DNA of 64,000 nt from Pseudomonas sp. (GCA_048266525.1 JBLWZG010000008.1:3136-67135); one strand, 5' to 3'. Counted from the first letter of the stretch, positions 46,551 through 57,725 are shown. Program-made: numbers and translations. The notes: generated from the sequence alone by a model not told the origin.

Positions 46551-46725
46551 GCCTGTGGATGACTGGCGCACGGCCTCTGTTTTTATTGATTAAAACTCAA
46601 GCCGTGCGACATGTGGGACTCCGTGATGTTTGCATCTTGGATGGGATGCGGACCTTGTCGACGAACGAGTAGGACCTTGAATTATTAAGGTAGCGCCCCC
46701 CGCACACCTTACTTAGTTTTAGTCG

Positions 46726-46753
46726 AAACGCAGCCAATTGGCTGCGTTTTTTT
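46726..46753 (+). terminator. Rho-independent terminator
   Basis: CGCAGCC-aatt-GGCTGCG followed by TTTTTTT. Confidence 0.85.
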
Positions 46754-46903
46754 GCTTTAAATACAGTGTGGCGCTGGCCTTTAAATGAGTGCGACCAATG
46801 GCAATAAAAAACGGTCCCAAAGTACCGTTTTTTCTACAGCGCAACAGCGTTATTAATAGATACACCGGAATTGCCCGGTTTTAATAAGAAAGAGGAATCA
46901 ATC

Positions 46904-46975
46904 ATGTGGACTAAACCTAGCTTTAATGATCTGCGTATTGGCTTTGAAGTAACCATGTACATCGCAAACCGTTGA
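46904..46975 (+). CDS. pqqA: PQQ precursor peptide PqqA, 23 aa (not in ORF track)
   Basis: Hand translation gives [23 protein letters not shown], preceded by an AGAGGAA RBS and immediately upstream of pqqB. Confidence 0.95.
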   Translation: MWTKPSFNDLRIGFEVTMYIANR

Positions 46976-47046
46976 TACATTGCGCTTCATGTTAAACGTC
47001 TAACGATCAGGCCCCAGCCCTGCTGGGGCCACTAAGGAAAAGCAGC

Positions 47047-47961
47047 ATGTACATTCAAGTATTGGGTTCAGCAGCAGGTGGTGGTTTTCCGCAATGGAAC
47101 TGCAATTGTCATAATTGCCATGGATTACGCCAAGGCACTTTAAATGCTGTGCCACGTACACAGTCTTCGATTGCTATTAGTGATGATGGTGTCAACTGGA
47201 TTTTATGCAATGCTTCGCCGGACATTCGAAACCAGCTTGAAGCATTTCCCGCTTTGCAGCCTGCGCGTCAAGCACGCGACACAGCGATTGCAGGGATTAT
47301 TTTACTCGACAGCCAGATCGACCATGTCACCGGTTTACTGACCTTGCGTGAAGGCTGTCCGCATGACGTCTGGTGCACCGACATGGTGCATCAAGATTTA
47401 ACTTCAGGCTTTCCCATCTTTAATATGCTGGCGCACTGGAACGGTGGTCTTAATCACCAGTTGATTAGCCTTGATGGCAGCGCGTTTAGCGTGCCGGCCT
47501 GCCCAGCCTTAAGCATCACAGCAGTGGCGTTGCGCAGTAATGCTCCGCCGTATTCACCGCGCCGTGATGATCCACACCCAGGCAATAATATTGGCCTGCT
47601 GATTGAAGACACACGCAGCGGTAAAACAGTGTTTTACGCGCCGGGTCTGGGTGAGATGGATGACAACCTGCGCCGCATTATGGCCAGTGCTGATTGTTTA
47701 TTAGTTGATGGCACTGTCTGGCGTGATGATGAAATGCAAGTCAACGGTGTGGGTACTAAACTGGGTAGCGAAATGGGCCATTTGGCGCAAAGCGGCCCTG
47801 GCGGCATGCTCGAAGTGCTAGCGGACTACCCAAACGCACGGCGGATTTTAATTCATATCAACAATACCAACCCTATTCTGGATGAGGACTCACCCGAGCG
47901 CGCGCAAGTGCAGGCTGCCGGTGTGGAAGTGTCTTATGACGGAATGAGTATTCAACTCTAG
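47047..47961 (+). CDS. pqqB: PqqB (MBL-fold PQQ biosynthesis protein)
   Basis: The N-terminus [24 protein letters not shown] is characteristic of PqqB. Confidence 0.95.
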   Translation: MYIQVLGSAAGGGFPQWNCNCHNCHGLRQGTLNAVPRTQSSIAISDDGVNWILCNASPDIRNQLEAFPALQPARQARDTAIAGIILLDSQIDHVTGLLTLREGCPHDVWCTDMVHQDLTSGFPIFNMLAHWNGGLNHQLISLDGSAFSVPACPALSITAVALRSNAPPYSPRRDDPHPGNNIGLLIEDTRSGKTVFYAPGLGEMDDNLRRIMASADCLLVDGTVWRDDEMQVNGVGTKLGSEMGHLAQSGPGGMLEVLADYPNARRILIHINNTNPILDEDSPERAQVQAAGVEVSYDGMSIQL

Positions 47962-47970
47962 GAGCCTGCG

Positions 47971-48723
47971 ATGAGCGAGCAAGCGATGACCCCCGAGCAG
48001 TTTGAGCAGGCGCTGCGCGCGAAGGGTGATTATTACCACATTCATCACCCCTACCATATCGCGATGCACAACGGGCAGGCGACCCGTGAGCAGATTCAAG
48101 GTTGGGTGGCCAATCGGTTTTATTACCAAATCAATATTCCCATGAAAGATGCCGCAATTATGGCCAACTGCCCTGACCGCGATGTGCGTCGAGAGTGGGT
48201 GCAGCGTATTTTGGATCATGATGGTGCGCCCGGTGAAGAAGGTGGGATTGAAGCCTGGCTGCGTCTGGCAGAAGCGGTCGGCTTGGATCGCGAGCAAGTC
48301 TTGTCCGGTGATTTGGTCTTGCCGGGCGTGCGCTTTGCGGTGGATGCCTACCTTAACTTTGCGCGCCGTGCCAGTTGGCAAGAAGCGGCGAGCAGCTCGT
48401 TAACCGAGTTATTCGCACCGCATATTCATCAATCGCGTTTGGATGCATGGCCGCAACATTACCCATGGATTGATGAAAGCGGTTATGACTATTTCCGTAA
48501 GCGTCTCAGCGAAGCGCGCCGTGATGTTGAGCATGGCCTCAGAATTACTTTGCAGCATTACACCACGCTCGCCGCGCAGCAGCGTATGTTAGAAATTTTG
48601 CAATTTAAACTGGATGTGCTGTGGAGCATGTTGGATGCGATGAGCATGGCCTATGAGCTCAAGCGTCCACCGTATCACACGGTGACCGAGCAACAGGTGT
48701 GGCATCGAGGGTTGGGTGTATGA
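47971..48723 (+). CDS. pqqC: Pyrroloquinoline-quinone synthase PqqC
   Basis: 250-aa ORF recognised as PqqC ([28 protein letters not shown]). Confidence 0.95.
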   Translation: MSEQAMTPEQFEQALRAKGDYYHIHHPYHIAMHNGQATREQIQGWVANRFYYQINIPMKDAAIMANCPDRDVRREWVQRILDHDGAPGEEGGIEAWLRLAEAVGLDREQVLSGDLVLPGVRFAVDAYLNFARRASWQEAASSSLTELFAPHIHQSRLDAWPQHYPWIDESGYDYFRKRLSEARRDVEHGLRITLQHYTTLAAQQRMLEILQFKLDVLWSMLDAMSMAYELKRPPYHTVTEQQVWHRGLGV

Positions 48724-48998
48724 GTGAGTTTAAGCTTGAGGATCGCCCGCGTATTCGTCGTGGTTTTCGCTTGCAGTGGGAGCCGGTACAAAACTGTGAT
48801 GTGCTGCTGTACCCAGAGGGCATGATTCAACTCAATGACAGCGCTGCGCATATTTTAAAGTTAGTCGATGGTCAGCGCAGTATTGCAGAGATTATTGCGC
48901 AGTTGCAGGAGCAGTTTCCTGATGTGCAGGGGCTGGACGAAGATGTTTTAACCTTTATGGGGGTGGCCTATGCACAGTTCTGGCTTAAGTCCTGCTAA
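48720..48998 (+). CDS. pqqD: PqqD peptide chaperone
   Basis: ATG 48720 forms an ATGA overlap with the pqqC stop. Contains [27 protein letters not shown]. Confidence 0.9.
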   Translation: MSEFKLEDRPRIRRGFRLQWEPVQNCDVLLYPEGMIQLNDSAAHILKLVDGQRSIAEIIAQLQEQFPDVQGLDEDVLTFMGVAYAQFWLKSC

Positions 48999-50118
48999 GG
49001 CTGTGCAAAGCCCTCCGTTGTGGTTGCTGGCTGAGCTGACTTACCGTTGCCCTCTGCAATGCCCGTATTGCTCCAATCCAGTAGATTTTGCTCGCAGTGG
49101 CGAAGAGTTAAATACTGAGCAATGGATTGAGGTGTTTCGCCAGGCGCGTGAGCTGGGCGCTGCGCAATTGGGGTTTTCCGGTGGCGAGCCGCTGGTGCGG
49201 CAAGATTTGGCCGAGCTGGTCAAAGCGGCACGTGATTTAGGCTTTTATACCAATCTGATTACCTCAGGCATTGGCCTAACTGAAAAACGTATTACTGAGT
49301 TAAGCGAGGTCGGTTTAGACCATATTCAGATCAGCTTTCAGGCGGCCGATGAAGAGGTCAACAATATGTTGGCCGGCTCCAAAAAAGCTTTTGCACAAAA
49401 ACTGGCGATGGCCAAAGCAGTGAAAGCTGCGGGCTATCCAATGGTGCTCAATTTTGTTACGCATCGGCACAATATCGATCGCATGGACCGCATTATCGAG
49501 TTGTGTATTGAGCTGGATGCTGACTTTGTTGAGCTGGCCACCTGCCAATTTTATGGTTGGGCCGAGCTCAATCGCGCCGCATTATTGCCGACCCGCGAGC
49601 AGCTCGACCGTGCTGAAAAAGTCACCCAACAATGGCGTGAGAAGTTGGCGGCAGAGAACCATCCCTGCAAGCTGATTTTTGTTACGCCTGATTATTACGA
49701 AGAACGTCCCAAAGCTTGCATGAACGGTTGGGGCAGTTTGTTTTTGGATATCACTCCAGATGGCACTGCCTTGCCCTGTCACAGTGCGCGCCAGTTGCCG
49801 ATCAAGTTTCCCAATGTTAAAGAACATAGCGTGCAACACATCTGGCAAGAGTCATTCGGTTTTAATAAGTTTCGCGGCTTTGATTGGATGCCAGAACCCT
49901 GCCGCTCTTGTGATGAAAAAGAAAATGATTTTGGTGGCTGCCGTTGTCAGGCCTTTATGCTCACCGGTGATGCGAGTAATACCGACCCTGTGTGCAGTAA
50001 ATCTGAGCACCATGGGATTATTTTGGCGGCGCGCGAGCAGGCCGAACAGGCCCCGCTGGGCGTGGAGCAAATGGTTTATCGCAATGAAAAAATGTCCAAC
50101 ATTATTATCAAAGGTTGA
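48970..50118 (+). CDS. pqqE: PqqE radical SAM/SPASM PqqA peptide cyclase
   Basis: CxxxCxxC cluster [16 protein letters not shown] plus SPASM Cys clusters. It overlaps pqqD by 29 nt. Confidence 0.95.
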   Translation: MHSSGLSPAKAVQSPPLWLLAELTYRCPLQCPYCSNPVDFARSGEELNTEQWIEVFRQARELGAAQLGFSGGEPLVRQDLAELVKAARDLGFYTNLITSGIGLTEKRITELSEVGLDHIQISFQAADEEVNNMLAGSKKAFAQKLAMAKAVKAAGYPMVLNFVTHRHNIDRMDRIIELCIELDADFVELATCQFYGWAELNRAALLPTREQLDRAEKVTQQWREKLAAENHPCKLIFVTPDYYEERPKACMNGWGSLFLDITPDGTALPCHSARQLPIKFPNVKEHSVQHIWQESFGFNKFRGFDWMPEPCRSCDEKENDFGGCRCQAFMLTGDASNTDPVCSKSEHHGIILAAREQAEQAPLGVEQMVYRNEKMSNIIIKG

Positions 50119-52020
50119 GTGCTGATGCTTGAGTCGCCGTCCTCTAACGCGGGCTTTTGGCCAAGCCAATGGAGTGCGCAGCAGGCGGCCGCCGCGGGCA
50201 AAGAGCTGAATGAGTTAAAAGTGTCAGCGCACGGGGTGTTTTGGGCTGAGTCTGATCCGCACAGTGCATGCACCTGGGTCTATCGTTTTGAGCATGCGAC
50301 ACAAGCCAGCCAGCGCTTCACTCCTGACGGTTTTTCGGTGCGCAGCCGCGTTTATGAGTACGGTGGTGGCTCATTTTGCCTGACCGATAATGGTCTGGTG
50401 TTTGTCAATGAAGCCGATCAGCAGCTGTATCTGCAAACCTGGCAAGGCGCACCGCAGCCGTTGACTCAGCGCCATGCTTGCCGTTATGCGGATATGCAAT
50501 TTGACCGGCTGACGCAAAGCCTTGTGGCCATTGAAGAAGAGCACGGTGGGCAAACTGTCGAGCATCGCTTGGTCCGTGTCAGTTTAACCGGTTTGGATGA
50601 ACAGGCTTGTCCTGCACCTACGGTTCTGGTTCAAGGCAGTGATTTTTACGCCGCGCCACGCTTAAGCCCCAATGCTCAGCGCTTGCTCTGGATTGAATGG
50701 CAGCGCCCCGATCAACCTTGGACGCAAACTCAAGCCTGGTGTGCGCAGCGTAATGCCGACGGAGGCTGGGGCGCAGCCTATTGTTTAGCGGGCGCAGCCG
50801 GTGCGGCAGCTGTGCAACAACCCGGGTTTGATCACAATAATCGAGCGTTGCTGCTCAATGATCAAGACGGCTATTGGCAGTTATGGCGTGAAGACAGACC
50901 AGGCCAATTAGACAAACTGCAAGGTGTCGAAGCTGACTACACCGGAGCACCTTGGCAGCTGGGCGGCTGCAATTATCTCGCGCTGGACAATGATGAGTAT
51001 TTGCTCAGTTGGCTGTATAACGGCTTTGGTCATTTGGCTGTGTATTGCTTTGCCGAGCAGCGCGTGATCAAGCGACTGGCCAGTGAGTACAGTCGCTTAA
51101 GGCACTTGGCAGCGGATGATGATTTTTTCTATTGCATTGCCTCGCATGTCGCGCAAGGCAGCGCGGTGCTAGCGATTGATCGAAGCACGGCTAAGGTGCA
51201 AGTGCTGACTCAGTTACAGATTGAGCTTGCTGTGGATGAGATCGCTCAGCCCTATAGTTTTTATTTCCCTAGTGGCGACAATCACCAAGTGCATGCGTTT
51301 TTTTATCCACCGTGCAATACGCGCTGTCAATTGGCTGAAACAGAGCGGCCACCCTTGTTGGTGTTTTTGCATGGTGGACCCACCTCAGCCTGTTATCCGG
51401 TGTTTGAGCCACGTATTCAGTTTTGGACGCAAAGGGGTTTTGCCGTGGCCGATTTGAACTACCGCGGCAGCACTGGCTTTGGTCGTCAGTATCGACAGCT
51501 CTTGCGTCATCAGTGGGGCTTGCTCGAGGTGGAGGATGTCTGCGCCCTGGTGGAACACTTGACCAAGAAAGATTGGATTAACCCGCAGCAGGTGTGTGTA
51601 CGCGGCGCCAGTGCTGGCGGTTATACAGCATTGTTAAGCATCGCCGCCAGCCAGCAGTTTGCCGCTGCGGCTAGCTTATATGGAGTGAGTGATCCGTGGG
51701 CTTTACGGCGCATGACGCACAAATTTGAAGCGGATTATTTAGATTGGTTATTGGGTGCGCCAGATGCGTTTACCACCCGTGCGCCGTTAGCAAAGGTCAA
51801 GAAAATCGCCACTCCCGTGATTTTCTTTCAAGGCGGGCGTGATGCGGTGGTGGTGCCTGAGCAAACCGCTGTGATGGTTGATGCTTTAGCCGCGCAGGGG
51901 GTAAAGGTTGAATGCCATGTGTTTGCCGAGGAAGGGCATGGTTTTCGCGATGCGGCCAATTTGGCACAGGTGCTGCGCCTTGAGTTGGATTTTTATCAGC
52001 GTGCCTTTCAAGGTGGTTAA
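50119..52020 (+). CDS. S9-family (prolyl oligopeptidase-type) serine peptidase, PqqG/PqqH-like position
   Basis: N-terminal beta-propeller-like region, nucleophile elbow RGASAGGY, and late motifs GGRDAVV / EGHGF. The start is GTG 50119 or ATG 50125, directly after pqqE. Confidence 0.8.
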   Translation: MLMLESPSSNAGFWPSQWSAQQAAAAGKELNELKVSAHGVFWAESDPHSACTWVYRFEHATQASQRFTPDGFSVRSRVYEYGGGSFCLTDNGLVFVNEADQQLYLQTWQGAPQPLTQRHACRYADMQFDRLTQSLVAIEEEHGGQTVEHRLVRVSLTGLDEQACPAPTVLVQGSDFYAAPRLSPNAQRLLWIEWQRPDQPWTQTQAWCAQRNADGGWGAAYCLAGAAGAAAVQQPGFDHNNRALLLNDQDGYWQLWREDRPGQLDKLQGVEADYTGAPWQLGGCNYLALDNDEYLLSWLYNGFGHLAVYCFAEQRVIKRLASEYSRLRHLAADDDFFYCIASHVAQGSAVLAIDRSTAKVQVLTQLQIELAVDEIAQPYSFYFPSGDNHQVHAFFYPPCNTRCQLAETERPPLLVFLHGGPTSACYPVFEPRIQFWTQRGFAVADLNYRGSTGFGRQYRQLLRHQWGLLEVEDVCALVEHLTKKDWINPQQVCVRGASAGGYTALLSIAASQQFAAAASLYGVSDPWALRRMTHKFEADYLDWLLGAPDAFTTRAPLAKVKKIATPVIFFQGGRDAVVVPEQTAVMVDALAAQGVKVECHVFAEEGHGFRDAANLAQVLRLELDFYQRAFQGG

Positions 52021-52209
52021 GTTGAGTTTTTTTCCAAGTTGCTACCAACCTGTGCAGTCTGCGTAGACTCTTGGCTAGTACTTAAACCACGGTGAGATTG
52101 CTAAGCTATGCAGCCTGTTTTGTGCACTTGCATGCTTGGGTGGATGCACTGCTGAAGCAGGTCGCCTATACTCTTTGGCCTGCTTTACGACAATTATAAA
52201 AGAGTCTCT

Positions 52210-53373
52210 ATGAATCGATCGATCAGCGAATTACGTAAATTCGTCTCTCCAGAAATTGTCTTTGGTGCCGGCTGTCGTCACCGCGTTGGTCACTTCGTCA
52301 GTGTGTTTGGTGCAACCAATGTGTTGGTTGTCTCCGATCCTGGAGTGCAAGCGGCAGGCTGGGTGGCAGACGTTGAGGTCAGTTTGCAAGAGCAAGGCAT
52401 TAGCTACCATGTGTTTACTGAAGTATCAGCCAACCCTCGAGTTGAAGAGGTGATGCACGGTGCCGAAGTCTATAAGTTGCATGGCTGTACCGCGATTGTT
52501 GCGGTGGGCGGTGGCAGTCCGATGGATTGTGCGAAAGCCATTGGTATTGTCGCTGCACACGGTCGCAGTATTTTAGAGTTTGAAGGGGTGGATACCATTC
52601 GCTTGCCGAGTCCACCGTTGATTTTAATCCCCACCACCGCTGGCACCTCGGCAGATGTTTCGCAGTTTGTGATTATTTCCAATCAGCAAAAGCGAATGAA
52701 GTTTTCCATCGTCAGCAAAGCGGTGGTGCCTGATGTGTCATTGATTGATCCAGAAACCACCCTAACCATGGATCCCTTTCTCGCCGCCTGCACCGGGATT
52801 GATGCTTTGGTCCACGCGATCGAAGCCTTTGTTTCGATTGGCAGCGGCCCACTCACCGATCATCATGCGCTGGAAGCGATGCGCTTGATCAGTGGTAACT
52901 TGATCGAGATGATTGCCAACCCTGAAGACATCGTCTTGCGTGAGCAAATTATGCTCGGCAGCATGCAGGCCGGCTTGGCTTTTTCGAATGCCATTTTGGG
53001 CGCAGTGCATGCCATGTCGCACAGCTTAGGCGGTTATTTAGATTTGCCGCATGGCCAGTGCAATGCCGCGTTAATTGAGCATGTGGTAGCGTTTAATTTC
53101 GACGCCGCGCCTGAGCGCTTTAAAATCATTGCGCAAACCTTTGGCATTGATTGCCGCGGTTTAACCCCGCCGCAAGTTCGCCAACATTTGATTGACTACC
53201 TGATTGCCTTTAAGCGCGCAGTGGGCTTTTATGACAGCCTCGGCGTGTATGGCGTCAGCGTCTCTGACATCCCGTTTTTATCGCGCCATGCGATGGTTGA
53301 CCCTTGTATCTTGACCAACCCGCGCGCATCCAATCAGCGTGATATGGAAGTGGTGTATGGCGAAGCACTCTGA
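52210..53373 (+). CDS. ercA: Iron-containing (group III) alcohol dehydrogenase, ErcA-like
   Basis: Motifs GGGSPMDCAKA and AVHAMSHSLGG. It lies immediately upstream of a hybrid kinase, as ercA-ercS' do. Confidence 0.8.
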   Translation: MNRSISELRKFVSPEIVFGAGCRHRVGHFVSVFGATNVLVVSDPGVQAAGWVADVEVSLQEQGISYHVFTEVSANPRVEEVMHGAEVYKLHGCTAIVAVGGGSPMDCAKAIGIVAAHGRSILEFEGVDTIRLPSPPLILIPTTAGTSADVSQFVIISNQQKRMKFSIVSKAVVPDVSLIDPETTLTMDPFLAACTGIDALVHAIEAFVSIGSGPLTDHHALEAMRLISGNLIEMIANPEDIVLREQIMLGSMQAGLAFSNAILGAVHAMSHSLGGYLDLPHGQCNAALIEHVVAFNFDAAPERFKIIAQTFGIDCRGLTPPQVRQHLIDYLIAFKRAVGFYDSLGVYGVSVSDIPFLSRHAMVDPCILTNPRASNQRDMEVVYGEAL

Positions 53374-55084
53374 TCACTTATTGGCCGGGCTGTTAGGCTT
53401 AAGTGATCAATCGGCGCGTAAGAGTCATTACCCTGAATTGCTGTTGCAGTTAGAAGAAGTTGAGCGTGAGCGCAATCGCTATAAATGGCTGTTTGAACAT
53501 GCCACTTATGGCATTTTTCAATCGCATATCAGTGGTGGTTTTCGCGCGGTGAATCCAGCGTTAGCCAGCATGCTGGGCTACAGCAGTGCTGACGAATTAC
53601 TAGCGATGAGGGGGGCGGAAACCGATAGTTTGTTTGTCAATGGTGCCAGCCAAGTCAAGCGTATTCGTGATGAGTTATTGCAGAAAAAAATTGTCCGCGG
53701 CTATGAAACGCGTCTGCGTTGCAAGGATGGCAGTGCGCTGGATGTGCTGATGAACCTGTTACTCAAAGACGATGAGCCGGGTGTGTTGGAAGGCTTTGTT
53801 GCGGACATTTCTGAACGGAAAAGAAATCAACTGCGCCTTGAGCAGCTCAATCTTGAGTTGGAGGACCGAGTTGCTGAGCGCACCCATGAATTACTGCTCA
53901 GCAATGAGGGCTTACAACAACAAATTGCCCAGCGTGAGCAAATGGAAATAGCTCTGCGCGAAGCGCGTGATGCGGCCGAAGAAGCCAATCATAGTAAAGA
54001 CAAGTACCTGGCCGCGGCCAGTCATGATTTATTGCAACCGTTAAATGCCGCGCGTTTGTTGATATCCACTTTGCGCGAACGTGAATTACCTGCAGCAGAA
54101 AAGCATTTGCTTGAGCGTGCGCATATGGCTCTGGAAGGTGCGGAAGACCTGTTAGCCGACTTGCTGGATATTGCTCGTCTTGATCAAGCCGCAATTACAC
54201 CTACCTTTGCTGCATGCCGTATTGATGAGTTGTTTAACGCATTGGCTTCCGAGTTCGAGCCGGTGGCGCAGGAAGCCGGTTTGCAATTGAGAGTGCTGCC
54301 GACCTCGTTGTGTGCCTATACCGATAGCCACTTGCTGATTCGTATTTTAAGAAACTTTCTCAGTAATGCATGCCGCTATACCAAGTCAGGACGCATTGTT
54401 TTAGGCGTGCGTAGACGCGGCAGCCATCTGCGTATTGAAGTCTGGGATACCGGTGTCGGCATTGCACTGGAGCAACAAGAAAAAATATTTTTAGAGTTTA
54501 ATCAGTTGGGCAATAACCATGCAAATGGCCGTAAAGGGGTTGGCTTAGGCTTGGCAATTGTTGAGCGGATTGCCACGATTCTAGAGGCGCGCGTGGCGCT
54601 ATGGTCACGTGAAGGGGTAGGCTCCTGTTTCAGCATTGAAGTGCCGGCGACCACCGCGCCTGCTCAGCCTTCCTTCGCGATCTTGCCGCGTGCGAGTCTA
54701 GCTAATGACTTGGCTGGCCAGCGTATACTGGTGATTGATAATGAGCCTGATATTTTGCACAGCATGGGCGCATTATTGGATCAATGGGCCTGTGAAACAG
54801 TGTTGGCCGCTGACTATGCCGGCGCGGTGCAAGCGCTCGGTGGGGTGGCGCCGAATTTGATTATTGTGGATTTACACCTCGACAACAATGTCACAGGTTT
54901 GCATGTGGTGGAGCAGTTGCGTGGTTATTTTTCAGAGCAACTGCCCGCGGTATTGATCACTGCAGACTACACTGATCAAGAGCAAGCGCTGCGCAAAAAA
55001 TTGGGCATCCCCATGCTGAATAAACCTGTGCGTCCAGGCAAGTTGCGCGCGGTGATGAGCCACCAGCTCAAACCGTCGGGTTAA
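53357..55084 (+). CDS. PAS hybrid sensor histidine kinase with receiver (ErcS'/PedS1-like)
   Basis: H-box YLAAASHDLLQPLNAA, N-box LRNFLSNACRYT, G-boxes WDTGVGI and GVGLGLAIV, receiver ILVIDNEPDI...LIIVDLHLD...NKPVRP. Confidence 0.85.
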   Translation: MAKHSDHLLAGLLGLSDQSARKSHYPELLLQLEEVERERNRYKWLFEHATYGIFQSHISGGFRAVNPALASMLGYSSADELLAMRGAETDSLFVNGASQVKRIRDELLQKKIVRGYETRLRCKDGSALDVLMNLLLKDDEPGVLEGFVADISERKRNQLRLEQLNLELEDRVAERTHELLLSNEGLQQQIAQREQMEIALREARDAAEEANHSKDKYLAAASHDLLQPLNAARLLISTLRERELPAAEKHLLERAHMALEGAEDLLADLLDIARLDQAAITPTFAACRIDELFNALASEFEPVAQEAGLQLRVLPTSLCAYTDSHLLIRILRNFLSNACRYTKSGRIVLGVRRRGSHLRIEVWDTGVGIALEQQEKIFLEFNQLGNNHANGRKGVGLGLAIVERIATILEARVALWSREGVGSCFSIEVPATTAPAQPSFAILPRASLANDLAGQRILVIDNEPDILHSMGALLDQWACETVLAADYAGAVQALGGVAPNLIIVDLHLDNNVTGLHVVEQLRGYFSEQLPAVLITADYTDQEQALRKKLGIPMLNKPVRPGKLRAVMSHQLKPSG

Positions 55085-55982
55085 GCACCGCGTGCGTGCC
55101 GCGCAGCAAGGCTGCATGTTCAGAAAATTGATCGACTAACCAGTTATACACGGCCTCAAAACGTGCCAGTTGCGCCGTTTGCCGGTGGCTGAGCAGCCAC
55201 ACTTCGCGAAACACAACAGGCTCATCACTCAGTTGTTTAAGCCCCGCTTCGTTGGCCAGCATGCAAGGTAAAACAGCCAGACCAACGCCATGCTTACAGG
55301 CATGAATCAGCGTTTCCAAGTGGCTCGATTGCAGGACTGGCGCTTGCTTGATGTTCAGTTGTTGCAGCCAGCGCATTTCGGGGACATGGGCTAAGTCATC
55401 GGTATAGCTGAGCCAAGCCTGTTGCGGCCAATCCGCTGCCTGCACGGCCGGGTGCTCAGGATGGCCGTAGACTGCCCAGCCCAGCTCACCAATTTTACGC
55501 ATGAAAAGTGCTGCATCGCGCTCTGGGCGGGCTAGACGAATCGCGATATCGGCTTCACTGTGGCTGAAGGATAAATCGCGGTTGTCATTCAGCAGCTCTA
55601 AGCTCAACTGCGGATGCTGGCGCTTCAAACTGGCCAGATGCTTGACCAGCCACAGGCTAAAAATAAAATCAACCGAGGTGATGCGCACCGTGCCACTGAT
55701 GCTCTGGGCGGCGTCTTGGGTGTTGTGCAACATCTGCTGCACATGCCCGCAAATGGTCTGCGCCGAGGCGAGAAAGGTCAGGCCCGCGGCGGTGGCTTGA
55801 TAACCGCTGGTGGTGCGGATAAATAGGCGGGTTTGTAACGTGGCTTCGGCAGCGCTAAGACGCCGACTGATGGTGGAAACATCCACTTTTAACTGGCGAG
55901 CGGTGGCGCGCAAGCTGCCTTCACGCTGTAGCACTAACAGCAAACGGATGTCATTCCAGTCAAAGGTATTGGCGAGCATCAT
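55068..55982 (-). CDS. LysR-family transcriptional regulator
   Basis: N-terminal wHTH reads FDWNDIRLLLVLQREGSLRATARQLKVDVSTISRRL. Its 3' end overlaps the convergent kinase gene by 17 nt. Confidence 0.9.
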   Translation of the reverse strand: MMLANTFDWNDIRLLLVLQREGSLRATARQLKVDVSTISRRLSAAEATLQTRLFIRTTSGYQATAAGLTFLASAQTICGHVQQMLHNTQDAAQSISGTVRITSVDFIFSLWLVKHLASLKRQHPQLSLELLNDNRDLSFSHSEADIAIRLARPERDAALFMRKIGELGWAVYGHPEHPAVQAADWPQQAWLSYTDDLAHVPEMRWLQQLNIKQAPVLQSSHLETLIHACKHGVGLAVLPCMLANEAGLKQLSDEPVVFREVWLLSHRQTAQLARFEAVYNWLVDQFSEHAALLRGTHAVLNPTV

Positions 55983-56103
55983 GTCAAATCATCCTTCAGT
56001 CAGGCTGTTGCAAAAATGCAAACTGTAACGGCAATTTTAGGTGTTCCCTTTACTGCCCGTCACTTCGACAATGGCACCATCAACCTACTACTGGAGAACA
56101 ACA

Positions 56104-56703
56104 ATGAGCGAGTTTCCAACCTTATTTCAGCTGACCGGCAGCGAGCATCCTGCGGCGCAATGGCAAGACGCTGTACTGGTGATTATTGATGCGCAAAATG
56201 AATACCGCATGGGCGATATGAAGCTGCCTAATGTTGAGCCGGCTACTGTGCAAATTCAACGTTTGCTTGCCGCGGCCCGTCAGCATGGTAGCCCAGTGGC
56301 GCACATTCGTCATATCGGCGTGCCGGGCTATTTATTTGATCCTGAAGGTCCGCGCGGGCAGATCTTCGATGAGCTGACCCCCGTCGCTGGTGAAGCGGTG
56401 ATTGATAAGCCGTTGCCCAATGCGTTTGCTGGGAGTTCGTTGCAAGCCTTTGTGCAAGACACTGGGCGCACATCCTTAATCGTTTGTGGTTTTATGACGC
56501 ACATGTGTGTCAGTGCCACGGTGCGTGCGGCAAAAGATTTGGGTTATCAAAGCACGGTCGTCGCCGATGCCTGCGCCACCCGAACCTTACCGGGTTTAGA
56601 TTCAGCTCAGTTGGATGCGCAAGCCTTGCATGAGATGGAGCTGGTGGCACTGGCTGACTTCTTTGCCTGCGTTGTGAAAGATGCTGCTGCATTGTCTGCT
56701 TAA
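56104..56703 (+). CDS. Isochorismatase-family (cysteine) hydrolase
   Basis: ATG follows a GGAGAA RBS. Motifs VLVIIDAQNEY and LIVCGFMTHMCVSATVRAA. Confidence 0.8.
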   Translation: MSEFPTLFQLTGSEHPAAQWQDAVLVIIDAQNEYRMGDMKLPNVEPATVQIQRLLAAARQHGSPVAHIRHIGVPGYLFDPEGPRGQIFDELTPVAGEAVIDKPLPNAFAGSSLQAFVQDTGRTSLIVCGFMTHMCVSATVRAAKDLGYQSTVVADACATRTLPGLDSAQLDAQALHEMELVALADFFACVVKDAAALSA

Positions 56704-56730
56704 TTAGCCATTACTGCCGGCGCTGTAAAT

Positions 56731-56764
56731 AAAAAAACCTTACTTTAACCTAAGGTTTTTTTTC
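56731..56764. terminator. Bidirectional rho-independent terminator
   Basis: AAAAAAACCTTA-loop-TAAGGTTTTTTTT. Confidence 0.8.
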
Positions 56765-57011
56765 ATCTGCAGAAAAGCTCGCCGCACGCGAGTGTGGCAT
56801 TAGAGCGCAGAGCTTTGCTGTGGATCAGCATCTAAACCACTAAACCCACTACAATGGCGCCAAACATATTGGTCCGCGTCTCACGCGACACAGGCTTACT
56901 TGGTGATCTGACCGCTCTGGCTGGTCTGAGTCGATGAATCGCTGAGGGTGTATTAGCCCTTTCTTATGGTTTTTCTAAAATGGCGCAGCAGTCGCCAGCT
57001 AAGGAGTAACG

Positions 57012-57365
57012 ATGAAAACAGTACAAGGTTTTGCCAAGCTGGGATGGGTTGTTGGTCTGGCGGCGGTATTGGTTGCTTGCGGTGGCGCACCCAGCGAAGC
57101 GGATATTCAGAAGGCTCTTGAGCAAGAAATACAGCTGCAAATTGATCAGGCCGCCGGCAGCAGTGGTGCCGATGTGAAAGGCATGATGGCTGCCTTGATG
57201 CCAAAGGTTGACAAAATCGTCGTGCAAGGTTGTGAGTCACTTGGTGATGACGCTTACCGCTGCACCGTTGAAGCGACCACCTCGATTAAAGATCGCACGA
57301 TGACCCATCGTGACAGTGTGCGGATGACTAAGAGTCAGTCTGGCGAATGGAAAATCTCGCGCTGA
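57012..57365 (+). CDS. Small lipoprotein, unknown function
   Basis: Lipobox is LVACG. No family recognised. Confidence 0.5.
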   Translation: MKTVQGFAKLGWVVGLAAVLVACGGAPSEADIQKALEQEIQLQIDQAAGSSGADVKGMMAALMPKVDKIVVQGCESLGDDAYRCTVEATTSIKDRTMTHRDSVRMTKSQSGEWKISR

Positions 57366-57523
57366 GTCAATACATGCCGCATAAGCTCAACTCAATACAT
57401 GCGCGTTGTTTGCCGTAACCTGCATGTTTTCTCCCCGCAAAATACGCAAGGCGCGCCTTAACAGATGCAAGGCCTTGCGCTTTGTGGTACAAATGCCTCC
57501 GTTAAACAACTGTTTAATTGAAC

Positions 57524-57725
57524 TACGTTCTCAGGGCGGGGTGGAAATCCCCACCGGCGGTAATTGTACTGATAGGTGCATAGCCCGCGAGCGCTTATTG
57601 TGCGGTGTTAATCACCCCTAATAAGGTCAGCAGACTTTGGTGAGATCCCAAGGCCGACGGTAATGAAAACTGTGCACATTAAGTGTCACGGTATTCTTAA
57701 AGTCCGGATGAAGAGAGAGCGGGAT
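57524..57725 (+). promoter_or_regulatory. FMN riboswitch (RFN element)
   Basis: Conserved blocks are TTCTCAGGGCGGGGTGGAAATCCCCACCGGCGGTA, AGCCCGCGAGCG, GGTCAGCAGA, GGCCGACGGTAA and AAAGTCCGGATGAAGAGAGA. It lies about 120 nt upstream of ribE. Confidence 0.9.
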
